A DNA stretch of 64,000 bases from Macrostomum lignano (lineage: Eukaryota), in the NCBI GenBank assembly GCA_002269645.1, contig NIVC01000003.1, positions 310,001-374,000 on the forward strand. Reading direction: 5' to 3'. Shown one piece after another: positions 35,863-60,627 of the stretch. A program made the position numbers and the translations under genes. Each line of letters starts with the position of its first letter. Positions within the stretch are counted from its first letter, which is position 1. Under the pieces are notes generated by a model. That model saw only the letters and a program-made list of their open reading frames with translations. It had not been told where the DNA came from and did not search any database.

Positions 35863-38800
35863 TCATTGGTCGAGATGATGCAGCAGAATATGAACTGCTG
35901 TGGCAAAAGCAGACAGAGCCGCCGCCGCAGCAGCCGCAGCAGCCGAGTTGAACTCGCGTTCAGCTGAATTTGATTCTGAAATATTGAAAGCAGCAATTTT
36001 CAAAGCTTTTAAATACAAGGTAAAAATCCTAATCAGTACATTTGCCAGCAGTGCACAATCCGCTTCTCAAATAAACTGCTCAACGGCATCCATTAGTGGG
36101 ATTGCAGATTATTGCTGTTTTATTGGGGTGCGGCTTATTATCATTCTGGCGAGCCCTGCCGGCCCTCGGGAGCGAAAAGTGAGAAATGATGCAGTGGGAC
36201 CCACTCCTCTGCCCCAGCCTCCCAGTCCCTCATCTCTTTTGCCATTTAATCAACCAAATCAAAGCCTCTCCTTGGAGCATTTTTCTCCCAGCGGGAGACC
36301 CGGGGCCAGCGGAAATGAATGGCGAGGGGAGGAAAAGTTCTCCTTTTCCTTTTAGAGCTCTGATTTTTGCTTGGTGCTCAAATTGCAGCTGCGGGAAGGC
36401 AGACTCTTTCTGGGAACCTATTCTACCCACTCTGCTCTACTCTACTCTACTCTACTCTGCTCTACTCTGCTCTACTCTACTCTACTCTACTCTGCTCTGC
36501 TCTACTCTACTCTACTCTACTCTACTCTACTCTACTCTTCTCTACTCTACTCTTCTCTACTCTACTCTACTCATCTCTACTCTGCTCTACTCTACTCTTC
36601 TCTACTCTACTCTTCTCTTCTCTACTCTTCTCTGCTCTACTCTACTCTACTCTACTCTACTCTACTCTACTCTACTCTACTCTACTCTACTCTACTCTAC
36701 TCTACTCTTCTCTACTCTACTCTACTCTACTCTACTCTACTCTACTCTACTCTACTCTTCTCTACTCTACTCTACTCTACTCTACTCATCTCTACTCTGC
36801 TCTACTCTACTCTACTCTTCTCTACTCTACTCTACTCTACTCTACTCTACTCTAATCTATTCTAGTCTAGTCCACTGTGTTCAAATCTAATGCACGCTAC
36901 TCTACTCAACTCCGCTCCCAGCTTGTCTCACCCTGGCAGCTAGTCTTCAGCAGGTCCTCAGCAAAGTTCCTGATGTGATAGAAGTTGAACTGCAGATAGT
37001 AGCATTGCGAGTCCATAAGGCTGAGTATGTAGTGCACGCAGGCCTGCGACTTCTGCACAGTCATCTGAGACCGCCTGCTCGGAGTAGGGGGGTGGTTCTC
37101 AGAATTCACTCCCATCGGAGGCTGGTGCTAACCATGTGCTTCTCTAATCACAGCAAGCACGGAATTCTATCAGCTTTTGTATGTGGTTGCCACTGATCTA
37201 CCTGCTCCCGCACTCCCTGTACCCAATTAACTGCCACTGATCTACCTGCTCCCGCACTCCCTGTACCCAATTAACTGCCACTGATCTACCTGCTCCCGCA
37301 CTCCCTGTACCCAATTAACTGCCACTGATCTACCTGCTCCCGCACTCCCTGTACCCAATTAACTGCCACTGATCTACCTGCTCCCGCACTCCCTGAACCC
37401 AATTAACTGCCACTGATCTACCTGCTCCCGCACTCCGTGTACCCAATTAACTGCCACTGATCTACCTGCTCCCGCACTCCCTGTACCCAATTAACTGCCA
37501 CTGATCTACCTGCTCCCGCACTCCCTGAACCTAATTAACTGCCACTGATCTACCTGCTCCCGCACTCCGTGTACCCAATTAACTGCCACTGAGCTACCTG
37601 CTCCCGCACTCCCTCTCCGCCATGCCATTCTGACCTCAAATAAAACATGCTGATCCATTCCAATACATTTTAGTAGCCCTAAATAGACTGCTTGATATAC
37701 TTCTGTGAGAAATTTGGTTCAGTGTTGTTGTGGTAACGGCATTGTTAGCAACTTTCTTACTATATTTTTTGCAGAGAAGCACGGCAAAATATGAAACATG
37801 TGCACATTTGTTCGGTCGTTTGAGAGATTATTAATGTGGTTGGCTTGTTAATATAAATTAAACTATTAATACTGTGCGCTTGCTGTGCCTCACCGATCCA
37901 TTCTTGATGCAGGCGAATTCGAATTTTGGAAAGCGGAAGAAGAACATATTTTAAATTGATTACTTGGGTGGCCTGAGGCGGGCGGTGAGATCAGAGAGGG
38001 CGGATGCTGGTGGCCTGAAGCGGGCGGCGAGATCAGAGAGGGCGGGTGCTGGTGGCCTGAGGCGGGCGGCGAGATCAGAGAGGGCGGGTGCTGGTGGCCT
38101 GAGGCGGGCGGCGAGATCAGAGAGGGCGGGTGCTGGTGGCATGAGGCGGGCGGTGAGATCAGAGAGGGCGGGTGCTGGTGGCCTGAGGCGGGCGGCGAGA
38201 TCAGAGAGGGCGGGTGCTGGTGGCCTGAGGCGGGCGGTGAGATCAGAGAGGGCGGGTGCTGGTGGCCTGAGGCGGGCGGCGAGATCAGAGAGGGCGGGTG
38301 CTGGTGGCCTGAGGTCGGAGGTGAGAGGGCGGATTTATTACTATCCGAGGAGCACTTTGCCAGAGAGCTCGGTGCAGAACTCACGAGCACATGACGCTCT
38401 GGGTGATGCCATCAAAGAGGGCCTCGACGCAGAGGTTGACGTAGTGCGGCAAATTCTTTGGAAGCTCGCGACAGTGCAGACCTGCGTGCGGATTTGGGTT
38501 TGATTCTGCAATACTTCTGTGCAGAAGTGTTATGAAATTTGGTCTCTCTTAACTCAGGGTCTTACCGTTGAGTCTATTTGAGCACAGGTGCTTGTGAGCC
38601 AGCTCGACCAGTTCGAATCGCCTCAGCAACCCGGCCGAGTTGCTGCAACCGTGGGTCTCGATCCTCGACCGGACACAGTCCGACATAACTGGGTGTTTGG
38701 TCATCATGCTGTCACTGAGTGGGGGCGGTGAGTTCATGGCGGGTTGAGTTCATTGCGGGTGAGTTCATGGCGGGTGAGTTCATGGGCGGGTGAGTTCATG

Positions 38801-40546
38801 GGCGGGCTGAGTTCATGGGCGGGTGAGTTCATGGGCGGGTTGAGTTCATGGGCGGGTGAGTTCATGGGCGGGCTGAGTTCATGGGCGGGTGAGTTCATGG
38901 GCGGGTTGAGTTCATGGGCGGGTGAGTTCATGGGCGGGTTGAGTTCATGGGCGGGTTGAGTTCATGGGCGGGTTGAGTTCATAGGCGGCTGAGTTCATGG
39001 GCAGGTGAGTTCATGGGCGGGGAGTTCATGGGCGGGTGAGTTCATGGGCGGGTTGAGTTCATGGGCGGGTTGAGTTCATGGGCGGGTGAGTTCATGGGCG
39101 GGTGAGTTCATGGGCGGGTTGAGTTCATGGGCGGGTGAGTTCATGGGCGGGTGAGTTCATGGGCGGGTGAGTTCATGGGCGGGTTGAGTTCATGGGCGGG
39201 TTGAGTTCATGGGCGGGTGAGTTCATGGGCGGGTGAGTTCATGGGCGGGTGAGTTCATGGGCGGGTGAGTTCATGGGCGGGGAGTTCATGGGCGGGTGAG
39301 TTCATGGGCGGGTGAGTTCATGGGCGGGTGAGTTCATGGGCGGGTGAGTTCATGGGCGGGGAGTTCATGGGCGGGGAGTTCATGGGCGGGTGAGTTCATG
39401 GGCGGGTGAGTTCATGGGCGGGTGAGTTCATGGGCGGGTGAGTTCATGGGCGGGTGAGTTCATGGGCGGGGAGTTCATGGGCAGGCGGTGCAGCGGGCCG
39501 CAGGCGGACTATCAAGTAACTGTCAGCTGCAGTTTTCCCCACAGTTCATCCGCTGTGGGAATTTGAATGCCTGGGCAAACAAAGAGGCCCCGGCCGCTTC
39601 CGCATTGGAAACCCTCTTGCTCCGCATCCCAGATCCTCACGGTGATCCTTGAATTCGACAGCAGGGCAAGTCGGTCGAATATTCCCTCTCGACTTCACCA
39701 TCCTCTTATTCTTGGCCCTCTTGTTCTTTATTCTCCCATTTTTCTCGGCATTTCTCCCAACAAGCAGCTGTGGGGATGGGGGAAATTGGCCCAGAGAGGG
39801 GGGAGCGGCGCAGTGCAGTGGCGGCCGGGGCCGCCGCCCATCAAGCGATGCAAAGTGGGGAGGAGAGGATGAAGGGGAGGCTGGGAGACTCCGGTGACAA
39901 CCGAATTCAAAGTCGGGGCGCCCCGAGTCCTGAACTGTCTCCACGGCCCCTAAAATGGCGGAGGGATACCATAGTAGATGCAGCACGGCGGAGGCTGGGC
40001 GGGTCTATCGCTAATCACAGCTGAAGTGGCCGGCTCTCTCGCCTTTGCCCAGTTTTGCTTTCATCCCGGCTGGGAGGATTGCAGGGAAATTCAATAACGA
40101 AGCGGCGCGGACTGACCGCTGGGCGAGGGAAATTGAAAGCGATGGGAGGGCGAGGGCGAGACTGGCGTTGCCAAAGCGAAATCGAGAAAGCGAAAGAGAG
40201 GGCGAGAGAGTAACGGTTTATAAATGAATTTCAAATCGACTAAGAGGCGCCTGAAGGTCGGGGCTCACTTGCACTTTTGCTCCACCAGCACGTGGAAGCT
40301 GCGCGGCGGGGTGTGCGCCAACTCGGCCTCGAAGTCGTAGAAGCAGTCCCGGCGGATGCCTTCGAGCTCCGCCAGCGGGCAAAGGCGGCCTCCCGCTGAG
40401 TGCGGAGCCGCCGCGGCCAGCAGCAGCAGCGGCAGCAGGACTGACAGCGCCAACTGCCCGGTCACTCTGGCCTGCCCGGTCACTCTGGCCTGCCCGGTCA
40501 CTCTGGCCGGCACTCCGGCTATTCTGGCCGCCGCTGAGCTCGCCAT
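35863..40546 (-). CDS. Orphan secreted cysteine-rich protein with signal peptide, 12 Cys and GPI-signal-like C-terminus, ~259 aa
   Basis: Exons 40546-40269, 38714-38566, 38481-38385, 37074-36932, 35975-35863; all GT-AG with matching phases (2, 1, 2, 1), 780 nt total. Hydrophobic LALSVLLPLLLLAAAA near the N-terminus; terminal [27 protein letters not shown]. Not in the ORF track as a whole. Confidence 0.78.
36432..36905. repeat. (CTCTA)n pentanucleotide microsatellite, intronic
   Basis: Direct repetition. Confidence 0.96.
37189..37615. repeat. 44-bp minisatellite (CCACTGATCTACCTGCTCCCGCACTCCCTGTACCCAATTAACTG), intronic
   Basis: About 10 copies. Confidence 0.95.
37968..38315. repeat. 42-bp GC-rich minisatellite, intronic
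   Basis: GGCCTGAGGCGGGCGGCGAGATCAGAGAGGGCGGGTGCTGGT repeated. Confidence 0.95.
38726..39483. repeat. 16/17-bp minisatellite (GGGCGGGTGAGTTCAT), intronic
   Basis: Direct repetition. Confidence 0.96.
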
Positions 40547-40589
40547 CTCTGCCTGCCTTCTGCTGGCCTGCCGCTGTGGCCTTCACGCT

Positions 40590-40753
40590 TGTCGTCACTC
40601 CTGTAGTCACTCCTGTAGTCACTCCTGAAGTCACTCCTGTATTCACTCCTGTATTCACTCCTGTAGTCACTCCTGTATTCACTCCTGTATTCACTCCTGT
40701 AGTCACTCTTGTATTCACTCCTGAAGTCACTCCTGAAGTCACTCACTCCTGTA
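40590..40753. repeat. 12-bp repeat (TCACTCCTGTAG/TAT) just upstream of the 40546 start
   Basis: Direct repetition. Confidence 0.9.
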
Positions 40754-41677
40754 ATCACTAGAAGTGTGTATGAAGGGACACCTGTTGTCTGTCCTACCGA
40801 AAGTCAATCCAGTAGCCTATGCCGCCGCTGTCCACTCCGTCTGTATCTGGGGCTGCTTTCTGTTAATATTTATTTCTTCATCCGGTAATTAATGCTGCTT
40901 TATTTTCAACTTCCCTGCTGCGTCACGGCTTAGCAAAGCGCGTGGGGGCGGGGGAGCGACAGATGCTGTAGCTAGGCGATCTGTAGCTAGGCGATGACGG
41001 AGAGGCTGGGAAGGCTACCGAGGCTGTGGAGCAGCCAACCAGCTGAGGGATTCCTTCTGTCTGCTTTGATCTGCGATGCGAGCGGGCCGGGCTCGGAGGC
41101 GAGCGATGAATATTTTAGAGGACAATGGGGGTGGGGGGCCTCAGCCTCCTGCCGGCACCTCAGTGAATTCGCTGACAATCTGGCTGGAGCTCAAGTTGAG
41201 ATGGAGGTCTTCAGTCTGAGGGAGGCTGGGGGAGGGCGGACAACTGAGTGGATGAGGAGAGAGGCTGGGCGCGTCCTTACCAATGGCTGAGTGGCTGCGG
41301 AAGCCCAGCCAGTGCGTGCTGTGAGCATGAGTAGCGATGGAGAATGGGATGAGGCTGGGCGCAGGTCAAAGCTGCCCTCCAAGCCAATTGTGATCAGCGT
41401 CCGGGGGCACATCCGGGTCAATGCTGCGCTTCTAGAAGCTCAAGGTTTCTTGAGGCGCTGAAGCTGTCCAAATCACTTTTGAGGAGATTTTTCGCGAACA
41501 CGCAAAAGAATGAAGATGGGGAAGCTGGGTTGTAGATGGGGTGGACAGAGATGCGATTTGAGTTTTTCAGGAGCTGCAGCCTCCCCCTGGTCTTGAAGGG
41601 CTGCTGGGATCCTCTGAAAATAAATGCGATGGTGAGACAGCTGGGATGATGAGGCAACTGAGATTATATAAAGAAGC

Positions 41678-41893
41678 TGAGATGCTGATCAGCTGAGATG
41701 AGGCAGCTGAGATGAGGCAGCTGAGATGAGGCAGCTGAGATGAGGCAGCTGAGATGAGGCAGCTGAGATGAGGCAGCTGAGATGAGGCAGCTGAGATGAG
41801 GCAGCTGAGATGAGGCAGCTGAGATGAGGCAGCTGAGATGAGGCAGCTGAGATGAGGCAGCTAATATGAGGCAACAATTGTTGTTGTTGTTAC

Positions 41894-41948
<55 letters not shown>

Positions 41949-41980
41949 GCAGCTGCTGTTGTTGTTGTTGTTGTTGTTGT
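41678..41980. repeat. 14-bp repeat (GAGGCAGCTGAGAT) followed by (GTT)n
   Basis: Direct repetition. Confidence 0.95.
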
Positions 41981-44088
41981 CATTGCTGTGATTATAAGGA
42001 AGCTGGGAAACAGAGGCTAGACTTAATGGCCTTATCTCCCCAAGGACTCCAATTTCTTGAGCAGTCCTTGTATTTCCCTCCTCTATCGCCGGTCAGCCAG
42101 CAGTCTGTGCTCAGCGGACCGAGTCTGACCTATAAAGTGCTCAATGTCATCAGCTGAAGGCAATTAGCAATCATGTCCTTTCTGGGCCTGATGCAGCTCA
42201 TTAGGTTCTATTTCCGCTTTGGATATTGCTGCTCTGACAAGATTTGCCCAGTCAGTGTTTTATGGTCGATAATATCGCTGCCCATCACCCGTTGGGAAAA
42301 ATGCGCAGGAGTGAAATTTGCTGCTAATGAGCTGCGCCCAGATCTCATAAAAAATTACTGCAATCGCGACAGACAGATAACCAGACAGATGGGCCTGTAT
42401 ATGCTTGCATCAAAATCCTGAATGTAAAAACAATATTCACCGGAGGGCTGCGGGAAGCCTTCTTTCGATGACTTTCGTCTCACAACCATGCGCTGAGGCA
42501 ATTCTGCCCGTTCTGTTGACTCCCCGAGTACAAACAATTCAAGGACTACTAATTAAGACTACAACGACACTGCTACACTTGCAGTTAAAGACCATTTTTT
42601 TAAATTGCAAGTGTTGGCCTATATTTCATCGTTGGAATGTTCGGAATTTATCCTCCTTATGTTATTGGAAAAATTTTGAATGAAGCTACATGTAGGTGCA
42701 AGAAAATAGCATTTAAGTACAAGTGGACCCTACTTATTATTCATAAATACAACCCAAAAATTAATTACCTCTCTGGCAAAATTCTGAGTTTAATTTGATC
42801 AGGTCCATCTCTTGTCCCAGAGTAGCATAACTGTAAAATTAATGAATAGCAACTCAGAAGATGAGAGTTCACTAATTTTTCGATTTAGTACTTAATAAGA
42901 TTATGTGCTCATCAATAATGTATAAAATGTTCACTTAAAAATGCTGAGCTTAGGAAATATTGATATCTACATTTTTCAGTAAACCTATATCTTTATTGTG
43001 CGACTAAAGAAAGAGCAAATTAAAAGTACGTTTATAGAACGTTGGTTAGTATGACTAAACTAAAGATAGAAACATGCATATACAAAGAGTCTTAGTTACG
43101 ACCATATACAAGGTTTCTTTAAACCAATGCTGCTATCAAATACAGAGGACTTTTTCAATAAAAAACAGAAAAAACAGAAAAATGTATTTTTTCGTGTTCT
43201 TCAATTTTTCCTTGAATCGAGAGTGTTGCATATTTTAAACTACCAAATGGTCCTTGATACATGTACACACGCGCGCAGATACTGTACCCGGCATGCACTC
43301 GTACGCACGCTCACACAGGTTGTTCAGCCGCCCTGACTTTCCAATCGAAACAATTTTAGACACCTGAAATAGACAAAGATTTTTGCCTGTGTACTTACAG
43401 TAACTAATGTAGTACAATCGCATGTACATGTAATTCTTTTAGTATGTGACGCAAGGATGACGTCTATTATAATACTAAAGTAATCACACGTATGTTAATT
43501 TAGTCTGCTTACGAATTATCAAAACTAGAATAATTTATTAGCGACATGGACTAACCCTATCCAGCTATTATTAGTGCCAACACCCACCACACGCACAAGG
43601 CAACTAGAAAATTTTGCACGGGGTGCAGATTACTAAGGTACATGTATATAATGTGAATATCCCGATAAAGTGTATTACTCATAGAAAAAATCAAGCTCAA
43701 TCCGCCCACCCCAAACCCGCTATTAGTGAATAAAAGCATGAAAAATCTTGAATAGAGTATTCCGGGCTTTACGATGCGCAAGTTGAAAACTAAATAGCAT
43801 TAAAACTAATAACAACACAAAAAGCGTAAAAAGCGGAGTATATTAACGTATAATTTTGAAAGAGTTGATATTTTAATACTTTGACTGCTTTAAAACAACC
43901 AGACATAAAAAAATGTTCATTTACTTTTTAATTTCACAGGCGTTGCTTAAGAGACTTAAAAGGGCAAGTGTTCAAATTAACTTTACAAGTTGAAATAATA
44001 ATACAAGTTGAACTGCATTCGCTATAGCCAATTAAAAATACCATCGAAAATTAACATTTGAATGCCTTCTTGCAAATAGAGGACCAAA

Positions 44089-55793
<11,705 letters not shown>

Positions 55794-56114
55794 TGATTAT
55801 ATTGCTGATGCCAGCTCGCTGCGGTTGCTGGCAAAGGCTGACATCCACGTGTCCCACGCTTTCCTGTTGGCATATCGTGACTCTCTAATTACCTACAGTG
55901 CCTTTTGTGAGATAATGTAATGAGAGACACTAATAAACCAGATTATACTTAACAGAATATTCAAACTCAACAGCTAATTTTGCAGAACAGGAGCCTTTTG
56001 CATCTTTTGTGATTCTTTGCTTTGCCTGATCGCTGGGGGCTGCTAAAAAATGCTTTTGCATGAAAAGCTCTTCTGCTTTGATCATGATTATTAGTAATCT
56101 TTTTACCTGGGCTT

Positions 56115-59100
56115 GCAGTGAGCCGGTGCCTGAGGTGCTGCAGTGAGCCTGTGCCTGAGGTTCTGTAGTGAGCCTGTGCCTGAGGTGCTGCAGTGAGCCT
56201 GCAGTGAGCCTGTGCCTGAGGTGCTGCAGTGAGCCTGTGCCTGAGGTTCTGCAGTGAGCCTGTGCCTGAGGTGCTGCAGTGAGCCTGCAGTGAGCCTGCA
56301 GTGAGCCTGCAGTGAGCCGGTGCCTGAGGTGCTGCAGTGAGCCTGTGCCTGAGGTGCTGCAGTGAGCCTGTGCCTGAGGTGCTGCAGTGAGCCTGCAGTG
56401 AGCCGGTGCCTGAGGTGCTGCAGTGAGCCGGTGCCTCAGGTGCTGCAGTGAGCCTGTGCCTGAGGTTCTGCAGTGAGCCTGTGCCTGAGGTTCTGCAGTG
56501 AGCCTGTGCCTGAGGTGCTGCAGTGAGCCTGCAGTGAGCCTGCAGTGAGCCTGCAGTGAGCCGGTGCCTGAGGTGCTGCAGTGAGCCTGTGCCTGAGGTG
56601 CTGCAGTGAGCCTGTGCCTGAGGTGCTGCAGTGAGCCTGCAGTGAGCCGGTGCCTGAGGTGCTGCAGTGAGCCGGTGCCTGAGGTGCTGCAGTGAGCCTG
56701 TGCCTGAGGTTCTGCAGTGAGCCTGTGCCTGAGGTGCTGCAGTGAGCCGGTGCCTGAGGTGCTGCAGTGAGCCGGTGCCTGAGGTGCTGCAGTGAGCCTG
56801 TGCCTGAGGTGCTGCAGTGAGCCTGTGCCTGAGGTGCTGCAGTGAGCCTGTGCCTGAGGTGCTGCAGTGAGCCGGTGCCTGAGGTGCTGCAGTGAGCCTG
56901 TGCCTGAGGTTCTGCAGTGAGCCTGTGCCTGAGGTGCTGCAGTGAGCCTGCAGTGAGCCTGCAGTGAGCCTGCAGTGAGCCGGTGCCTGAGGTGCTGCAG
57001 TGAGCCTGTGCCTGAGGTGCTGCAGTGAGCCTGTGCCTGAGGTGCAGCAGTGAGCCTGGGCCTGAGGTGCTGCAGTGAGCCTGCAGTGAGCCGGTGCCTG
57101 AGGTGCTGCAGTGAGCCGGTGCCTGAGGTGCTGCAGTGAGCCGGTGCCTGAGGTGCTGCAGTGAGCCGGTGCCTGAGGTGCTGCAGTGAGCCTGTGCCTG
57201 AGGTGCTGCAGTGAGCCTGTGCCTGAGGTTCTGCAGTGAGCCGGTGCCTGAGGTTCTGCAGTGAGCCTGTGCCTGAGGTGCTGCAGTGAGCCTTTGCCTG
57301 AGGTGCTGCAGTGAGCCTGCAGTGAGCCGGTGCCTGAGGTGCTGCAGTGAGCCTGTGCCTGAGGTTCTGCAGTGAGCCTGTGCCTGAGGTGCTGCAGTGA
57401 GCCTGCAGTGAGCCTGCAGTGAGCCTGCAGTGAGCCGGTGCCTGAGGTGCTGCAGTGAGCCTGTGCCTGAGGTGCTGCAGTGAGCCTGTGCCTGAGGTGC
57501 AGCAGTGAGCCTGGGCCTGAGGTGCTGCAGTGAGCCTGCAGTGAGCCTGTGCCTGAGGTTCTGCAGTGAGCCTGTGCCTGAGGTTCTGCAGTGAGCCGGT
57601 GCCTGAGGTGCTGCAGTGAGCCGGTGCCTGAGGTGCTGCAGTGAGCCGGTGCCTGAGGTGCTGCAGTGAGCCTGTGCCTGAGGTGCTGCAGTGAGCCTGT
57701 GCCTGAGGTTCTGCAGTGAGCCTGTGCCTGAGGTTCTGCAGTGAGCCGGTGCCTGAGGTGCTGCAGTGAGCCGGTGCCTGAGGTGCTGCAGTGAGCCTGT
57801 GCCTGAGGTGCTGCAGTGAGCCTGCAGTGAGCCTGTGCCTGAGGTGCTGCAGTGAGCCGGTGCCTGAGGTGCTGCAGTGAGCCGGTGCCTGAGGTGCTGC
57901 AGTGAGCCTTTGCCTGAGGTGCTGCAGTGAGCCTGCAGTGAGCCGGTGCCTGAGGTGCTGCAGTGAGCCGGTGCCTGAGGTGCTGCAGTGAGCCTGTGCC
58001 TGAGGTGCTGCAGTGAGCCTGTGCCTGAGGTTCTGCAGTGAGCCTGTGCCTGAGGTGCTGCAGTGAGCCTGTGCCTGAGGTGCTGCAGTGAGCCTGTGCC
58101 TGAGGTGCTGCAGTGAGCCTGTGCCTGAGGTGCTGCAGTGAGCCTGTGCCTGAGGTGCTGCAGTGAGCCTGTGCCTGAGGTGCTGCAGTGAGCCTGTGCC
58201 TGAGGTGCTGCAGTGAGCCTGTGCCTGAGGTGCTGCAGTGAGCCTGCAGTGAGCCTGCAGTGAGCCTGTGCCTGAGGTGCTGCAGTGAGCCGGTGCCTGA
58301 GGTGCTGCAGTGAGCCTGTGCCTGAGGTGCTGCAGTGAGCCTGTGCCTGAGGTGCTGCAGTGAGCCTGTGCCTGAGGTGCTGCAGTGAGCCGGTGCCTGA
58401 GGTGCTGCAGTGAGCCTGTGCCTGAGGTGCTGCAGTGAGCCGGTGCCTGAGGTGCTGCAGTGAGCCTGTGCCTGAGGTTCTGCAGTGAGCCGGTGCCTGA
58501 GGTTCTGCAGTGAGCCTGTGCCTGAGGTGCTGCAGTGAGCCTTTGCCTGAGGTGCTGCAGTGAGCCGGTGCCTGAGGTGCTGCAGTGAGCCGGTGCCTGA
58601 GGTGCTGCAGTGAGCCTGTGCCTGAGGTGCTGCAGTGAGCCTGTGCCTGAGGTGCTGCAGTGAGCCTGTGCCTGAGGTTCTGCAGTGAGCCTGTGCCTGA
58701 GGTGCTGCAGTGAGCCTGCAGTGAGCCTGCAGTGAGCCTGCAGTGAGCCGGTGCCTGAGGTGCTGCAGTGAGCCGGTGCCTGAGGTGCTGCAGTGAGCCT
58801 TTGCCTGAGGTGCTGCAGTGAGCCTGTGCCTGAGGTTCTGCAGTGAGCCTGTGCCTGAGGTGCTGCAGTGAGCCGGTGCCTGAGGTTCTGCAGTGAGCCT
58901 GTGCCTGAGGTGCTGCAGTGAGCCTGCAGTGAGCCTGCAGTGAGCCTGCAGTGAGCCGGTGCCTGAGGTGCTGCAGTGAGCCGGTGCCTGAGGTGCTGCA
59001 GTGAGCCTGCAGTGAGCCTGCAGTGAGCCTGCAGTGAGCCTGTGCCTGAGGTGCTGCAGTGAGCCTGTGCCTGAGGTGCTGCAGTGAGCCTGTGCCTGAG

Positions 59101-59436
59101 GTGCAGCAGTGAGCCTGTGCCTGAGGTGCTGCAGTGAGCCTGCAGTGAGCTTGCAGTGAGCCTGCAGTGAGCTGGTGCCTGAGGTGCTGCAGTGAGCCGG
59201 TGCCTGAGGTGCTGCAGTGAGCCTGTGCCTGAGGTGCTGCAGTGAGCCTGTGCCTGAGGTGCTGCAGTGAGCCTGTGCCTGAGGTGCTGCAGTGAGCCGG
59301 TGCCTGAGGTGCTGCAGTGAGCCTGTGCCTCAGGTGCTGCAGTGAGCCTGTGCCTGAGGTGCTGCAGTGAGCCTGTGCCTGAGGTTCTGCAGTGAGCCTG
59401 TGCCTGAGGTGCTGCAGTGAGCCTGCAGTGAGCCTG
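56115..59436. repeat. 3.3-kb satellite of 25-bp units (GAGCCTGTGCCTGAGGTGCTGCAGT) with interspersed 11-bp subunits (GAGCCTGCAGT)
   Basis: Direct repetition. Confidence 0.98.
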
Positions 59437-59785
59437 ATGTATTTTCTACTTGCTTCTCAACTGCAATCGGGGGGCATAGAACAGCGAACTTGAGTCCCGC
59501 AGCTTACAAGCAAGCCGTGCATAGAAGAGCGGATAAAAATAGGGGGGGGGGGCAGGCTCATCAAACGGAGTCGGATAGTTTTCTCTAATCTCTAATAAGG
59601 CGGTGCATTGCCGACTTCAGATCTCGCTTGTTGTCGAAGTTTGCTTTCTTAAAGAGATTCGGATTATTTGCGTCGCTCATATTTCAGAGCATTGAGTTTA
59701 CCATTGGTTAGAAAATTTCGAAAGGCTTTTGACTCAAGACTTCATTAGAAAAGGGATTAAAACTGGGCTCAAGAGCAGGAGAATA

Positions 59786-60062
59786 TCTCTGAGATCTAGG
59801 TTACAGCACCTGCAGATCCAATACAGAATGAGCACAGGCTCTGAGATCTAGGTTACAGCACCTGCAGATCCAATACAGAATGAGCACAGGCTCTGAGATC
59901 TGGGTTACAGCACCTGCAGATCCGATACAGAATGAGCACAGGCTCTGAGATCTGGGTTACAGCACCTGCAGATCCAGTAAAGAATGAGCACAAGCTCTGA
60001 GATCTAGGTTACAGCACCTGCAGATCCAGTAAAGAATGAGCACAAGCTTTCAGATCTAGGTA
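59786..60062. repeat. 52-bp minisatellite, about 5 copies
   Basis: CTCTGAGATCTAGGTTACAGCACCTGCAGATCCAATACAGAATGAGCACAGG repeated. Confidence 0.93.
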
Positions 60063-60627
60063 CAGCACCGGCAACTCCCGAGAACTTCAGGGCAAACGGA
60101 ATGGAAAAAGCCAGCTGGCACAGGTATCATTATCGCAATCTCCCGGCGACAGAGGCCGGGAGACGTGCGGAGAGGACGGCCAGATGTCCTGCGAACTGAG
60201 TGACCTGGCACTGGGATTCGACCCGGACCTGTCGTCGCTCATGTGATCTCTTTTGCCGCTTTCTCCGCTGCAGTGCGCATCTCGCTGAAGCCCCTGCCGC
60301 AGTGCCTGGCTCACTCATTTCTCCTAGTTAGTCGGGAAGTGAACTATTCGAGTTCGGGGATTTGAGAATGAGAGCTGCCTCACATAGTTTCAATCGATGC
60401 AAAGTGGAGCATTTTCTCAGCGCTGGAACTGTTTTCGATCGGTGTGCTTAGATGGGCCGCAGTTTCAGAGTGGGCTGAGCTCTCGCTGCTGCACTCAAGG
60501 CTTGCGGGTGCCTTGGAGGCGGCATTGGGGGACTCAGAGAAGGGAGGGTTGCAAGGCATGCTTGCTTTTTCATTTGGATCTTTTTTAAATGAGCTAACCC
60601 ACCTGTATCAGTTGTATAATGAGCTCT

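Noticed and set aside
40994-41290. 98-aa ORF divergent from the orphan secreted gene
   Set aside because: No motif or splice support; not distinguishable from chance.
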